Counted from the first letter of the stretch, positions 38,731 through 50,047 are shown. The stretch: DNA of 64,000 nt from Nitrospirota bacterium (GCA_963737155.1 CAVTRN010000002.1:2080001-2144000); one strand, 5' to 3'. Translations and numbers: made by a program. The notes: a model not told the origin generated them from the sequence alone.

Positions 38731-40353
38731 TCAGAATGTCTGGCTTTTACTGAACAGTCCGGATGCCCCGCTGGGAGCGGGCGGCATCGCTTCAACGATC
38801 TGTGGGGTGTTGCTCCCGTCATAACAGCGCACTGTGAAAGTGTGTTTGCCCGGCTCGAACGGCCAGTCATAGCGCCAGATCACCCATGTCATTTGCGACA
38901 AAGGAGTTCTAATCTCAGCCGCCCTCCAGGGGCCGTCATCAACCCGCAATTCGACCCTCGAGACTCCGCGGGCGCCCGCGTGGGCGATGCCGCCGATGGG
39001 CACCAGTTTCCGCTGGTCAGCGCTAATTATAGTCATATCGACAGCGATGGTGTCGATCACGGACGTTGCCTTCATCTTTGCGACCTTGTCCCAGCCACGG
39101 ACCACCCAGTAGCCCGGTTCCCAATGGTCCATTGCCTCGATGGAATCGATCCATTTGGGCTGTTTCATCCCGTGTACGTCCGGAATGTAGATCCGCAGCG
39201 GAAAGCCATGGTCTTCAAGCAGCGGCACCCCGTCCCAGGAATATGCCAGCATTACCCGCTCGTCTGCCACGATCGTCGCGAGGGGCAGGGTTTCCCAAAA
39301 TCCGTCTGCTGAACTGATTTTCAGGTGCGTGGCGCTGGGCTTCAGGCCGAGGTCAGGCAGGAGACTCTTCAGGCTGACACCGGTCCAGCGGGTTGTTCCT
39401 ATAAGATCGCCACCCACCGGATTGGAGATGCAGGACAGAGTGACGAACTGGTGCAAGGGTTCATAACGCTGGATGTCGTCCAGGCTGAAGGACAGAGGCT
39501 TTTCGACAAGGCCTCCTATTTTGAGCCGCCACATCATGCCATCGATCTTCGGCGGGGTCGTGTTGATGTCAATGCGGTAGTGCCGCTCCAGGGGGGTGAA
39601 TTCGGGTCGTGTGCCGGGTGCAGGTTTGACCGCGGCCCCGGCGTTCGGCAGGACGTGCGTTGCGGACCAAGGCATCAGACTCGACAGTTTCATCCGGCTG
39701 TGGCGCTCCGACAGAAGACCTACCATTGCCCCGCTCACCGTGATGGTCGCAGTGAACCCCGCAAGCCGGACCAGGAATTTACGCCGGCTGACCCGCTGAA
39801 CGGATGGCAGGTCCGAAACCCGTTCAACGGACGCGCTGAGGTCGGACAGTCGCAGGTAAGACACACCGAAAGCCATCCCCCAGGAGGAAAAGACGAACAG
39901 GATCCAGAGCGCGCTAACCATCGGCGGTGCGACGGCTGTCTTGCCGAGATAGGAACTGATGAGCACGGCGGGAATGGCAGCGAACAATCCAAGGAAAAAG
40001 CCAGATACGTAAGCATAGCGGCCTCGCAGCACGCGCAGCACGCTGAAGAGAATGGCGCCGGCAACGACGCCTGTGATGAACAGGCCGGCAATCCCTATCG
40101 TCTGCTCAATAATCTTGGCTGCTACAGATGTGGGACCCAAGCGCAACCCCCGAATGGCAGCAACCATGGCGCTGATGATAAATTCGATGAACGCTCCAGG
40201 CAGTACGCGGGTCGTCCAGTCGAATACATCAAAAGGGACGAAGGGCAGGTCCGCCAGCCTCCATCCCGCGTAAAAGACGGCGATCAGTGCTGCGGTCAGC
40301 ATTGCCCCGACCAATGATCCCACAAAAACTCCCGGCGTGTTCTGCCTCTTCAT
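38731..40353 (-). CDS. Membrane-anchored molybdopterin-dependent oxidoreductase (sulfite oxidase family)
   Basis: N-terminal TM bundle, internal SRRKFL, HYRID, TLSCISNPVGGDLIG (Mo-Cys), HGFPLR..GMKQPKW, Ig-like dimerisation domain. Confidence 0.9.
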   Translation of the reverse strand: MKRQNTPGVFVGSLVGAMLTAALIAVFYAGWRLADLPFVPFDVFDWTTRVLPGAFIEFIISAMVAAIRGLRLGPTSVAAKIIEQTIGIAGLFITGVVAGAILFSVLRVLRGRYAYVSGFFLGLFAAIPAVLISSYLGKTAVAPPMVSALWILFVFSSWGMAFGVSYLRLSDLSASVERVSDLPSVQRVSRRKFLVRLAGFTATITVSGAMVGLLSERHSRMKLSSLMPWSATHVLPNAGAAVKPAPGTRPEFTPLERHYRIDINTTPPKIDGMMWRLKIGGLVEKPLSFSLDDIQRYEPLHQFVTLSCISNPVGGDLIGTTRWTGVSLKSLLPDLGLKPSATHLKISSADGFWETLPLATIVADERVMLAYSWDGVPLLEDHGFPLRIYIPDVHGMKQPKWIDSIEAMDHWEPGYWVVRGWDKVAKMKATSVIDTIAVDMTIISADQRKLVPIGGIAHAGARGVSRVELRVDDGPWRAAEIRTPLSQMTWVIWRYDWPFEPGKHTFTVRCYDGSNTPQIVEAMPPAPSGASGLFSKSQTF

Positions 40354-40746
40354 GGTCTATTCCCCCCTTCTCGATAAAATAGGGTGGCTAATCCGAGTTC
40401 GGTCATTCGCTGTCACTATTTCAACATTATCAGCAGTAAAGAGCGGAATTATTATTTTAGAGGCCACTTTTAAAAAGTGGTTATCCGAATCTGGTAGTTA
40501 TTGTCAAGAACTTTAACGTTTTTATGTTTTTTTTATAAATATACTTCTCTTTCTTCTGAGAATCACAAAACTCTAAACCTTAGTTACTCCACTCAACCGA
40601 TACAATATATTGAGCTGTTTCGCCGGCTGCACTATGATATTGCATAGACTTTGATATACATTCATTTATAATGATATCATTAATGAAGACCAGAGGTGCA
40701 GTGGTGTGAAATTTTTTTTCATTTTTGCACTTTATCGGCACAAAGA

Positions 40747-41847
40747 CTACTCAAGCGTCGTATGAAACCGCCGGAAGCTGGCAACGACGCTGACCACTGC
40801 TATGATGGCCAGATACACAATATGGGTGGCGACATAGTCTATTTCCCCGCCTTTGAGCATGATGTTGCGAAGAAGACCCATATAATGCGTGAGCGGGTCA
40901 AAAAAAGAAAGCCATCGTATGGAATCGGGCATGTTTTCTACAGGGAACAGTATTCCCGAGAACATGATCATCGGGAAGTTGAATAGAAGCCCGGCAAGGG
41001 TCGCCTGTTGCTGGTTCTTGCAGTAGGTGGAAATCAGGGTCCCAAAAGCTACGGCAGTGCATACAAAAGCGAAGGCCGCAATGAACAAGGCAATCAAGGA
41101 ACCGCGCATAGGGACATGGAAGGCAAACACCGCTACCCCCAGAATCAATGGCACGTTGGACATTCCCAAGAGAACGTAGGGGATCGTCTTGCCATAAATG
41201 ACTTCGGACCGTGATACGGGTGCTGAGATTAGCATCTCAAACGTCCCCATCTCTTTTTCCCGCACGATGGATATATTGGACAACACCATCGTCGAGATGA
41301 GCATGAGCATGCACATCACGCCGGGGACCAGGAAAATTGATGTTTCGAGTGCAGGGTTGAAGAGCACGCGCGTGCTCACCTGGATGGGGAGAGCGGGCTG
41401 AGTAAGCTTAAGATCATCCACAACCGTCTGCTGAACGATGTTTTGCACATATGCTTCTATGGACTGGGCCTCGATCACGTTCGTAGCGTTCACGAGAAGT
41501 TGAAGTTTCGCATCTCCACGTCCGAGCGCGCGCGTGAACCCACCGGGAGGCGGAACGAGTACGGCATCGGCATCGTCCGCCTTGATTATGATGAAGGGAT
41601 CCTGTTCCTTGCTCCTGGCAGGAATGAACCACTTCCCGGCAATGCACCGTTCGTAGATATCGCGCAAAACAGTATCTTTAGTATGAAACATTGCCGCGAG
41701 CCTGATGTTTTTGACTTCGTTCGAGAGTGCGAGACCGAAGAGCGTCAGTTGAATCACCGGCATCACAAAGAGCAAGACACGCATCCTAGGGTCCCGGAGG
41801 GTTTGAACCAGTTCCTTTTTTATGAATCCTATAAGTGTTCGGTTCAT
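40747..41847 (-). CDS. ABC-2 transporter permease (YbhR-like)
   Basis: KE..Q.LRD.RM, FNPAL..FLVPG, VREKEMGTFE; ATGA-coupled start at 41847. Confidence 0.9.
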   Translation of the reverse strand: MNRTLIGFIKKELVQTLRDPRMRVLLFVMPVIQLTLFGLALSNEVKNIRLAAMFHTKDTVLRDIYERCIAGKWFIPARSKEQDPFIIIKADDADAVLVPPPGGFTRALGRGDAKLQLLVNATNVIEAQSIEAYVQNIVQQTVVDDLKLTQPALPIQVSTRVLFNPALETSIFLVPGVMCMLMLISTMVLSNISIVREKEMGTFEMLISAPVSRSEVIYGKTIPYVLLGMSNVPLILGVAVFAFHVPMRGSLIALFIAAFAFVCTAVAFGTLISTYCKNQQQATLAGLLFNFPMIMFSGILFPVENMPDSIRWLSFFDPLTHYMGLLRNIMLKGGEIDYVATHIVYLAIIAVVSVVASFRRFHTTLE

Positions 41848-42962
41848 GGCTCGAGGTCCCTCTTGAACCGCCGCGTTGCTAGGAAAATCATAAGCACGCA
41901 GAAAAACATGAGTGCTAGAAACGGTCCACCAAGTTCGATCAAGCTCGACCCCTTCAAGAACGTGTCTCGTGCAATCAGCATGAACCAACGTGCCGGCAGA
42001 ATCATCGTGAAATACTGAAAGAACGGGGGCATGCTCGCGATAGGGAAGATAAAGCCGGAAAGCAGGTTCGACGGCAGATAGCCGGAAATCATTGCAAACT
42101 GCATGGCAACCGTTTGTTTGCGTGTTACCACAGAGATGAGAAGCCCCTGAGCAAGATACGTTATAAGGAAGAGCAGGCAGCCCAGGCCGAATACCCAGAG
42201 GTTTCCCACAAAGGGGACGCCGAATACTGTCCTGGCAATGACATACACGAATACCACAGCGATGATCCCGAGGATACCGTAGGGAGCAAGCTTTCCGACG
42301 ATGATTTCAAGCGGCTGCACGGGTGTGGATAGGAGCAGCTCCATGGAGCCGTTTTCCCACTCCCGTGCAACCGTAAGTGCAGTCAGCAGAATCGAGAGAA
42401 TTGACATTACCACAACAGTAAGTCCGGGGATTACAAACCACTTGCTGTTCAGCTCGGGATTGAATAAAAACCTCGTCCGTATCTCATAGGGAGGAGTCGG
42501 ATCAAAATCGCCGATTCGTTGAGAGGCTATATTCTGGATGCTGCTCACATACCCCAAAACGGGGCCGACGGTCGAGTTGTCGGAACCATCGACCAGGATC
42601 TGTGCTTCGGCGCCCCTGCCGGCAAAGAGATCCCGTTCAAAACGCGGGGGAATGATCAAGGCTGCACGCGCGTGTTCTGCGGACACCTCGGTAAAGGCAT
42701 CATGGGGCGATGATACGCGATGGATCAGAAAGTAATCGGAACTTCCAAAGGTATCCAGAAGCCTCCGGGAACTCTGCGTCTGGTCCGAATCGCTCACCGC
42801 AAGGGCCACATTCTTCACGTTGAACTCGATGGCAACGCCAAACATGACAACCATGAAAACAGGCAATACCAGCGCGGCTCCGAGGGTCGTAGGATCCCGA
42901 AGAATATGATAAACTTCTTTTCTTGCTACCGCGAGGGACCTGCGCCAAACAAAGTTTTTCAT
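41844..42962 (-). CDS. ABC-2 transporter permease (YbhS-like)
   Basis: RKE..HILRD, FNPELNS..IPGL, AREWENGSME; ATGA-coupled start at 42962. Confidence 0.9.
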   Translation of the reverse strand: MKNFVWRRSLAVARKEVYHILRDPTTLGAALVLPVFMVVMFGVAIEFNVKNVALAVSDSDQTQSSRRLLDTFGSSDYFLIHRVSSPHDAFTEVSAEHARAALIIPPRFERDLFAGRGAEAQILVDGSDNSTVGPVLGYVSSIQNIASQRIGDFDPTPPYEIRTRFLFNPELNSKWFVIPGLTVVVMSILSILLTALTVAREWENGSMELLLSTPVQPLEIIVGKLAPYGILGIIAVVFVYVIARTVFGVPFVGNLWVFGLGCLLFLITYLAQGLLISVVTRKQTVAMQFAMISGYLPSNLLSGFIFPIASMPPFFQYFTMILPARWFMLIARDTFLKGSSLIELGGPFLALMFFCVLMIFLATRRFKRDLEP

Positions 42963-43882
42963 GCGGTCTTTCTCTCTACGGTCTGAATGAACACATCTTC
43001 GAGAGATGGTTTGATTCTTCGGATCGAGAATTTCTTTTCGAATACGTTCTTCACAGTTTCCCATTCCCCTTCGCTCTTGATTGCGGCGTGGAAACGGAGA
43101 CCGTAGGGCTCAAAAAACAGAAACACCTCATGCTGGGCCATTGCCGATACTTCGGCAAAACTGAGAGATTCCCGGGGATTGAATTCGAGCATCGGTGTTG
43201 AAAAGGTCGTGGTTTTGAGCCCTTCTGGTGAATCAAGCGCGATGATCTTGCCTTCTCGCATGAGAGCGATTCTATCGCACTGTTCCGCTTCGTCCATATA
43301 ATGGGTCGTTACGAAGACCGTCTTGTTCCTCTCGGAAAGTTTTCGAATGAGCTGCCAGAATCGGCTTCGAGACGCAGGTGTTACGCCTGCCGTGGGTTCG
43401 TCGAGAAAGATGATCTCCGGGTCGTGCAGGAGTGCGGCAGCGAGCGATACCTGCTGCTTCGTCCCACCAGACAAATTGTGGACCATAGTATTGAGAGGCC
43501 TGTCGAAGGAGATAAAATCGAATAATTCCTTGCGCCGTAGTTCGTAGGTTGTTATATCCAATTTGCGGAGACTTGCGATGAAGTTCAGGTTCTCCTCGAC
43601 CGTCATATCATTGTAGAGCGTAAATTTCTGGGACATGTACCCGACCTTGGACTTGATCAACTTCTCATTGTGGTCGAAAGTGATCCCCCCTACGCGCACT
43701 GACCCTTCGGAGGGGAGCAGGAGCCCACAGAGCACTCGGATCGTGGTCGTCTTACCCGCACCGTTTGCGCCCAAAAAACCGAATATCTCTCCGCGCCGAA
43801 CAGTAAATGAAATCCGATCTACGGCAACGAAATCGCCGAACCTCACCGAGAGGCTGCTGACCTCCACGGCCAAGTCATTCAC
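42959..43882 (-). CDS. ABC transporter ATP-binding protein (YbhF second-half-like)
   Basis: GANGAGKTT, LSGG, FLDEPT, TTHYMDEAE; start GTG 43882 (ATG 43909 also possible). Confidence 0.9.
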   Translation of the reverse strand: MNDLAVEVSSLSVRFGDFVAVDRISFTVRRGEIFGFLGANGAGKTTTIRVLCGLLLPSEGSVRVGGITFDHNEKLIKSKVGYMSQKFTLYNDMTVEENLNFIASLRKLDITTYELRRKELFDFISFDRPLNTMVHNLSGGTKQQVSLAAALLHDPEIIFLDEPTAGVTPASRSRFWQLIRKLSERNKTVFVTTHYMDEAEQCDRIALMREGKIIALDSPEGLKTTTFSTPMLEFNPRESLSFAEVSAMAQHEVFLFFEPYGLRFHAAIKSEGEWETVKNVFEKKFSIRRIKPSLEDVFIQTVERKTA

Positions 43883-44624
43883 GGTTATTTCTTCGGAGGA
43901 AGAGTTCATCAAAGCTTGATACTCCCTCTGTTGCGAGCAGATCTCGGGGCTCCCCTGCTGCAACCAATTTGCCACCCTCCAGAAGATGAACGCGTCCGCA
44001 CCGCTCCGCTTCATCCATATAGGCTGTGGTCACGAGAATAAGAATCTTTTGGTCTAGGAGCCGGTACAGGAGCTCCCAAAATTCCCGGCGGCTGATCGGA
44101 TCGACGCCGGTTGTGGGCTCGTCAAGGAGCATGACGCGCGGAGACCGCAAAAGCGCACACATGAGGCCCAGCTTCTTGTACATCCCGCCTGAAAGCTGGC
44201 CTGCCGGCCGCTCAACAAATTCGCTTAACTGCGTGATGCGAAGAAGCTCATCGCGCTTCTGTTCATAGAGATCATGTGGAATCCCATAAAGTTCCTTGAA
44301 AAAATCCAAATGTTCACTTATGGAAAGATCCGGATAGAGGCTTTGCGTCTGCGGCATGTAAGCGATACTAGGACGTATGCTTTCGAAATCAATTTGTTCG
44401 CCTCCACGGTAATAGACGACAGTACCTTCCGTGGCCGTAAGCAGGCCGAGCATGATGCGTAAAAGCGTGGTTTTCCCCGCGCCCTCGGGTCCGATCACTC
44501 CGTGCATAAGGCCGGAAGAGAAATCAAGGCTCACCCCGTCTAGGACGGGACTTTTGCCGAAGACCTTCCGGATTGACCGGACGGAGATCGAAACAGGTAA
44601 TATCGACATGTCGACTGTTTCCAT
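43875..44624 (-). CDS. ABC transporter ATP-binding protein (YbhF first-half-like)
   Basis: GPEGAGKTT, LSGGM, LLDEPTTGVDPISRREFW, TTAYMDEAE. Confidence 0.9.
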   Translation of the reverse strand: METVDMSILPVSISVRSIRKVFGKSPVLDGVSLDFSSGLMHGVIGPEGAGKTTLLRIMLGLLTATEGTVVYYRGGEQIDFESIRPSIAYMPQTQSLYPDLSISEHLDFFKELYGIPHDLYEQKRDELLRITQLSEFVERPAGQLSGGMYKKLGLMCALLRSPRVMLLDEPTTGVDPISRREFWELLYRLLDQKILILVTTAYMDEAERCGRVHLLEGGKLVAAGEPRDLLATEGVSSFDELFLRRNNRE

Positions 44625-44803
44625 AGAGATTATTCGAAACGTTGACAGATAATTTTTCTTGCAGAGGCATACCCAGCCGTTGCCAAAAACGGGGGTACAG
44701 ATTTTTTAAAGCAGTTAGTTTTTTCTTGTCATGGTCTATGGGATCTCAACGCGACAAGATGCTCTGTTTCTTTTACGGTAACAAGAATATTATTCGTAAC
44801 GGA

Positions 44804-45556
44804 CTAGTCCCGGGGCAACTTCACTTCAATTGTCATTCCGGGCTTGAGAATTTCCTGCTCGTTCGCGCCTAGAAAACTCACCTTTACTCCAAACACAAGG
44901 CGCTCGCGCTCGGCCTGGGTCTGGACGTTTTTGGGTGTAAACTCAGCCTCATCGTTGATTTTGAAGATTTTCCCGTCGAATTCGCGGTTGTTCAACTCAG
45001 GGAGATATCCTTTCAGGATCATGCCAGGTTTAAGTCGTGAAACCTCAGGCTGCGGAACGTAAATATAGGCCCAGATGTCCCGAATGTTCGCTAGGGTTAA
45101 TATCTTCGTCCCGGGATCCACCCATTCTCCCGGCTCATGGTACCGGTTCAAGACCGTGCCTGATATCGGCGAACGGACAGAGCACCAGCTCAATCGCACA
45201 TCCGCATCATCCTTCTTGTTCTTGATCTGATCCATGGTATCCTTAGAAGCCGTCTCCGCATGATACAGACCAAGGGTCCGATGGTAGTTCTCATTCGCCA
45301 ACTCCGACGCAACCTTCACATCTTCGCAAGTAAGAACAACCAACTCCTGATTATCAGTCACGTGGTCGCCTTCCTGAACGGTCACTGTTTTGATTGCAGA
45401 AGACAGACGGGCTGATAAATCTACTTTGGTAGCATCAAGGGTTCCGGCATAGAGAAACTCACCTCGGAAGAAAAACAGTTTCAGCGCGATTGCAGCGCCG
45501 ATAGCGATCACCGCAATAAGAATTATTTTAATCAGTTTCTTTTTATCGATCTTCAC
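44804..45556 (-). CDS. HlyD-family secretion adaptor (YbhG-like)
   Basis: TM anchor, VQEGDHV, VRSPISG, EAEFTPKNVQT..ER.RLV, LKPGM; GTG start after AGGAAGG. Confidence 0.88.
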   Translation of the reverse strand: MKIDKKKLIKIILIAVIAIGAAIALKLFFFRGEFLYAGTLDATKVDLSARLSSAIKTVTVQEGDHVTDNQELVVLTCEDVKVASELANENYHRTLGLYHAETASKDTMDQIKNKKDDADVRLSWCSVRSPISGTVLNRYHEPGEWVDPGTKILTLANIRDIWAYIYVPQPEVSRLKPGMILKGYLPELNNREFDGKIFKINDEAEFTPKNVQTQAERERLVFGVKVSFLGANEQEILKPGMTIEVKLPRD

Positions 45557-45584
45557 TGGGTTCCCTTCCTGTTTTTTTATCTGG

Positions 45585-46271
45585 TTACTTCGCAATAATC
45601 CCGTCTATGAAGATGCGAAGCGTCTGTTGAATCCAATCATTACGATACTTTTCGTCTGAAAGCGAATGACCGGAAAACTCTCTCACCATCTTGTCGTTTC
45701 TCGTCTGATGGATAATATTGCTCATCAGGAATACGGCCGCAAAGGAGGGTTTCACGTCGGCTGCCACGATTCCCTTTTTCGTGGCCAGATCAAAAAACTC
45801 CCATAGTTTTTCTGCATGTTTTAAAAGCGTATTAAGGTACATTTTTTTACTTTTCGAATCTGACATTTCGACATCCCGTTGGATTAGGCGGACAATATCA
45901 TTTTGTCTGATCATCGTTTCGAGCGTCTGCCTCAGGAAAATCTCCAGGCGCACCTTGAACTCGTCTATATTCTGAGGAGGCCGGAGTGTTTTTCTCGCGA
46001 AGTCCAGTCTTTCCGTAGCAAACTGTTCTATGATATTATTGTAAAGGTTCTCCTTCGAGCCAAAATGATAATGGAGGGCTGCGATGTTGGCACCGGCCCC
46101 TTCGCAAATGTCCTTGGTGGATGTGCCGTCATATCCTTGAGCAGCAAAAAGGCGGGTGGCGGTGGAAAGGATTCGGCTTGCGGTGTTCTCGCAGGAAGAC
46201 TTTTCCCCCGCGACAACTATCATCGATTTCCTGCTCTGTTCATGTGTCGATCGATTTCTACAGATTTTCAT
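45585..46271 (-). CDS. TetR/AcrR-family regulator (CecR-like)
   Basis: RILSTATRLFAAQGYDGTSTKDICEGAGANIAALHYHFGSKENLY HTH; exact start uncertain. Confidence 0.9.
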   Translation of the reverse strand: MKICRNRSTHEQSRKSMIVVAGEKSSCENTASRILSTATRLFAAQGYDGTSTKDICEGAGANIAALHYHFGSKENLYNNIIEQFATERLDFARKTLRPPQNIDEFKVRLEIFLRQTLETMIRQNDIVRLIQRDVEMSDSKSKKMYLNTLLKHAEKLWEFFDLATKKGIVAADVKPSFAAVFLMSNIIHQTRNDKMVREFSGHSLSDEKYRNDWIQQTLRIFIDGIIAK

Positions 46272-46384
46272 TGTTTCAGCATAGCACATATACAAGATCA
46301 ATACAAGTATCCGATTGACTTATTCAATTAACTATTTTATACTTAAATTTAGCATATATATCAGTCCGAACCTAGGGTACGAAC

Positions 46385-47893
46385 ATGACTAATCTCCTGA
46401 TATCCAAAAGACTAACCGCAGCCCTGGGCTTTAGTTTACTATGTTACGGATGCTTGGTAGGCCCCAATTTTCGTACCCCTGAATCACCGAGAACGTCAAC
46501 ATACACGTCGACCCAATTCCCGGCCAAGACAGCATCAGTATCGGGGCCCGGCGGCGAGGCACAGCACTTGGCGTTGGGTCAGGAGATCCCTGCTGAGTGG
46601 TGGACGCTGTTTCATTCGACTTCATTGGACCAACTGGTTAGGCAGGCCCTTTCTGGCAACCCGACGCTCGCTGCAGCAAAGGCAACGCTCCGTGAGTCGC
46701 AGGAGACGTTAAATGCCCTCGTTGGCTCAGTCCTCTATCCGAAGGTCGATGCAAGTGCATCGGTTACGCGGGAGAAGGTCTCACTTGCGGCCTTCGGCAT
46801 GCCAAATGAGGAGATAAGTCCCTTCACGCTCTACAATACCTCGGTGAATGTCACTTATGCCCTTGATCTTTTCGGCGGCGCGCGGCGTGAGCTGGAAGTT
46901 TTGGAGTCCCAAATCGATTTTCAGCGCTTTCAGCTTGAAGGGGCCTATCTCACAATTACGTCGAACATCGTTACGACATCGGTGAAAGAAGCTTCCTTGC
47001 GCGCGCAGATCGAGGCATTAAACGAGATCATTGCCGCTCTACAGACACAGTTCGACCTGGTTAAGCTTCAGTTCAAGCTCGGCGGGGCTGCGCGCACCGA
47101 CGTGCTCTCCCAGCAGACTCAGCTCGCGCAGACAAGGGCAACCCTGCCGCCTCTCAAAAAGGAACTCGAGCAGACCCGTCATCTACTGGCGGTGCTCACT
47201 GGACGGTTCCCGAGCGAATCTGCAGTGCTCCCCGAGTTCACCCTCGACCAACTGCAGCTGCCCGCGGAATTGCCGGTGAGCCTACCTTCTTTGCTAGTGC
47301 GCCAACGCCCCGACGTCCGCGCCTCGGAAGCACTGCTGCACGCGGCAAGCGCACAAGTCGGTGTAGCCACCGCGAATCAATATCCGCAAATCAGCCTGAC
47401 CGGCAGTTTAGGATCAATGGCAATTTCAAGCAGCAAACTTTTTTCGACCGGGACCGGCGTGTGGAGTTTCGGCGCAGGATTATTACAGCCCGTTTTCCAC
47501 GGCGGCGAGCTCTCCGCCGAGAAACGCGCCGCACTGGCAGCCTACACTCAGGCGCAGGCGCAGTATCAGGCTGTTGTTCTTCAGGCATTCCAGAACGTAG
47601 CTGACGTACTGCGCGCGCTTGATGACGACGCGAATACGCTCAAGGCGCAAGCGGACGCCGACGCGTCCGCGCGCGATACGCTTAAACTGACCCAAAAGCA
47701 GTTCCAACTCGGCGGGGTGAGCTATTTATCTCTTTTGAATGCAGAACGTCAATACCAGCAGACAAGAATCGACCTGATCCAGGCGCAGGCAGCGCGCTAT
47801 GCTGACACAGCCGCACTCTTTCAGGCGCTCGGCGGCGGTTGGTGGAACCGAAACCCACAAGCCAACAACGCGGGAATGCAGATCAAAGAATAA
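46385..47893 (+). CDS. Outer-membrane efflux lipoprotein (NodT/OprM family)
   Basis: Lipobox YG-C-LVGPNF, WWTLF, LDLFGG.RR, LLVRQRPDVRASE, LFQALGGGWW. Confidence 0.93.
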   Translation: MTNLLISKRLTAALGFSLLCYGCLVGPNFRTPESPRTSTYTSTQFPAKTASVSGPGGEAQHLALGQEIPAEWWTLFHSTSLDQLVRQALSGNPTLAAAKATLRESQETLNALVGSVLYPKVDASASVTREKVSLAAFGMPNEEISPFTLYNTSVNVTYALDLFGGARRELEVLESQIDFQRFQLEGAYLTITSNIVTTSVKEASLRAQIEALNEIIAALQTQFDLVKLQFKLGGAARTDVLSQQTQLAQTRATLPPLKKELEQTRHLLAVLTGRFPSESAVLPEFTLDQLQLPAELPVSLPSLLVRQRPDVRASEALLHAASAQVGVATANQYPQISLTGSLGSMAISSSKLFSTGTGVWSFGAGLLQPVFHGGELSAEKRAALAAYTQAQAQYQAVVLQAFQNVADVLRALDDDANTLKAQADADASARDTLKLTQKQFQLGGVSYLSLLNAERQYQQTRIDLIQAQAARYADTAALFQALGGGWWNRNPQANNAGMQIKE

Positions 47894-48889
47894 CTCATAC
47901 ATGACAAGGATTCGAACACGAAATGCTAAACAGTCGATAGGTTCATAACCAGGATAAACAACTGGATACATTGCCCGGCGAGGCTGTTCTTGGCCAACGT
48001 ATAGAATGCAAGGCAATAAAAAACAAAGAAGACAAGTCTATTAGTAAATGATGAACCAGAGCTATTGACCTGCGTAGTCAAGATCATTACTGTCCAGAAT
48101 AATCTGATTTTCTTGATCTTACTCCTGCCGATTCTAGCTTTTATGCAGGTTAATTACGTTTTACCATCAAAAATTTCTTGCAGTCTTCCGGTAATAATCT
48201 ATAAGCAGCTTTCCGAGTCATTAAGCAGGATGAAGTTTTTGAGTTGAATCCGCAATATGAACTTTTCTGTCACAAGTATTTGTTATGGTCCGGAAACTGA
48301 CGCAGGATCTTGGACGGAAGTCGTTTAATGAAATAAGTTGCGAAAAAAATAAAGATGAGCCTCAACCGCCTGCGTTATCCCGGATCATTCAGGAAACTTA
48401 TTCGTTTAACATGCGTATCGGTGGCAAAAGAAATGAAACGCTCAAGAACGTGCTGAACAACGGGAACACACCGTCGCCTCCCGCAACGAGCGATGAGCGT
48501 TTTCGCCGCTGGTATCCTGATGAGTAAGTTTTCTGGCTTACCATCCATAGAGTGCAGCATCACCGATATACGTTATGGCTTAGATCACTCAGCTCAGCGG
48601 TCACTTTACAACATCGGTAGTCAGTTTGGCATCACATGCGAGCGGGGTGAGACAGATAGAAAACGAGGCGATCCGTAAGCCCTGGAACGACGACATAAAG
48701 TTCAATAAAATCAATAAAAACAATATGCTCTAGTAGGGCGACATTGTCGTCTTCATATATTGCAAGGCAATCGAACAAATGCACCAGGTCATATGGAACG
48801 TTTTAGTGCACTTCTTCGGGTTGTAGTGGTACCGGAAAATCAAGCATTGCAAGCCTAATTCACCTCCTGATGTGATAAAATCAGAGGAG

Positions 48890-48921
48890 CTTTGATCTAC
48901 TTTGATCCACCTTTGATCCAC
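48890..48921. repeat. Three tandem 10-11-bp repeats CTTTGATC(T/C)A
   Basis: CTTTGATCTA-CTTTGATCCAC-CTTTGATCCAC in an ORF-poor interval. Confidence 0.6.
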
Positions 48922-49396
48922 ATTACGCCATATCCAGCTGCACCCCTTCGTGGCTTCTTGCAGGCCACGTGATCTCAAAACCAAAATGTTGGGTTGGGGT
49001 CTGCTAATCGCAGCTAGATAAGTACCCTGTAACATCAATCCCGAACATGATCAAACAGGGAGCGACAGAGAGAGAAGCAAACCTTATCCCGGCTAACATA
49101 GCTCAAAAGGCCACCGATCAGATGGAACAGCTTGTTATAAATGTATTAGCTGGTCGAATAGATGATGAATGTACCGGCAAAATAGCTATCATATTCACCG
49201 TTGGAAGGTGGACTTAAGTAATACTGTTACTCTAGGGGAAGCAAAAAAACAGGGGTTGCTTGGTTGCTGCGGTTTGCCCTGCGAGGTTTATCAGCTCAAG
49301 AACCTCGTCTCTCAGACAATGCTGCATCGCCCTTCTATTCAACACATTCCGGTTCTCTGCTAAATAGTTGAAGAGATGGGAACGTCAAGGTGATCT

Positions 49397-50047
49397 ATGA
49401 TCCCGCTTAAAGATATCGACCGCAGACCCTCTCGTTTCCCGGCAATCACTACCATGATCATCGGGGTGAATACTCTCGTATTTCTGCTTGAACTTGTGAA
49501 TGGACCGGCCTTCGTAGATCGGTGGGCGTATATTCCGTCAGAAATCACTGCAGGAAGAAATTTGATTACCGTCTTGACCGCCATGTTTATACATGGCGGT
49601 TGGTTACATATAATAGGCAACATGATATTCTTTTGGGCGTTCGGACCTGAGATTGAAGACACAATGGGCAGAGCGAGATTCATGGTCTTTTACTTGTCAG
49701 GCGGACTAGTGGCCACCCTTGCGCAGGTACTCATTAGCCCTCACTCCTCCATCCCGAATCTGGGGGCAAGCGGCGCAATTGCAGCAGTAATGGGAGGATT
49801 TATCATCACCTTTCCCCGCGACAGGATCCGCACAATTGTTTTTCTCGGATTTTTTGTGACGATAGTCTTTATCCCTGCTATCATACTTGTAGGATTATGG
49901 TTCGTCCTTCAGTTCTTCAGCGAAATTGGTTCGTTGGCAGTGCAACAAACCGGCGGCGGGATAGCGTATGCAGCTCATGTGGCGGGATTTGTGTTCGGCG
50001 TCGCCTTTGCTCCTTTATTTGAATCCCATCGGTGGCGCGAAAAATAG
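49397..50047 (+). CDS. Rhomboid-family intramembrane serine protease
   Basis: MFIHGGWLHIIGNM, GASGAIA (Ser), AYAAHVAGF (His). Confidence 0.93.
   Translation: MIPLKDIDRRPSRFPAITTMIIGVNTLVFLLELVNGPAFVDRWAYIPSEITAGRNLITVLTAMFIHGGWLHIIGNMIFFWAFGPEIEDTMGRARFMVFYLSGGLVATLAQVLISPHSSIPNLGASGAIAAVMGGFIITFPRDRIRTIVFLGFFVTIVFIPAIILVGLWFVLQFFSEIGSLAVQQTGGGIAYAAHVAGFVFGVAFAPLFESHRWREK

Noticed and set aside
42959-44624. Split ABC ATPase as a frameshifted pseudogene
   Set aside because: Both halves have complete Walker A/B and signature motifs and coupled start/stop codons, consistent with a natural two-gene form.
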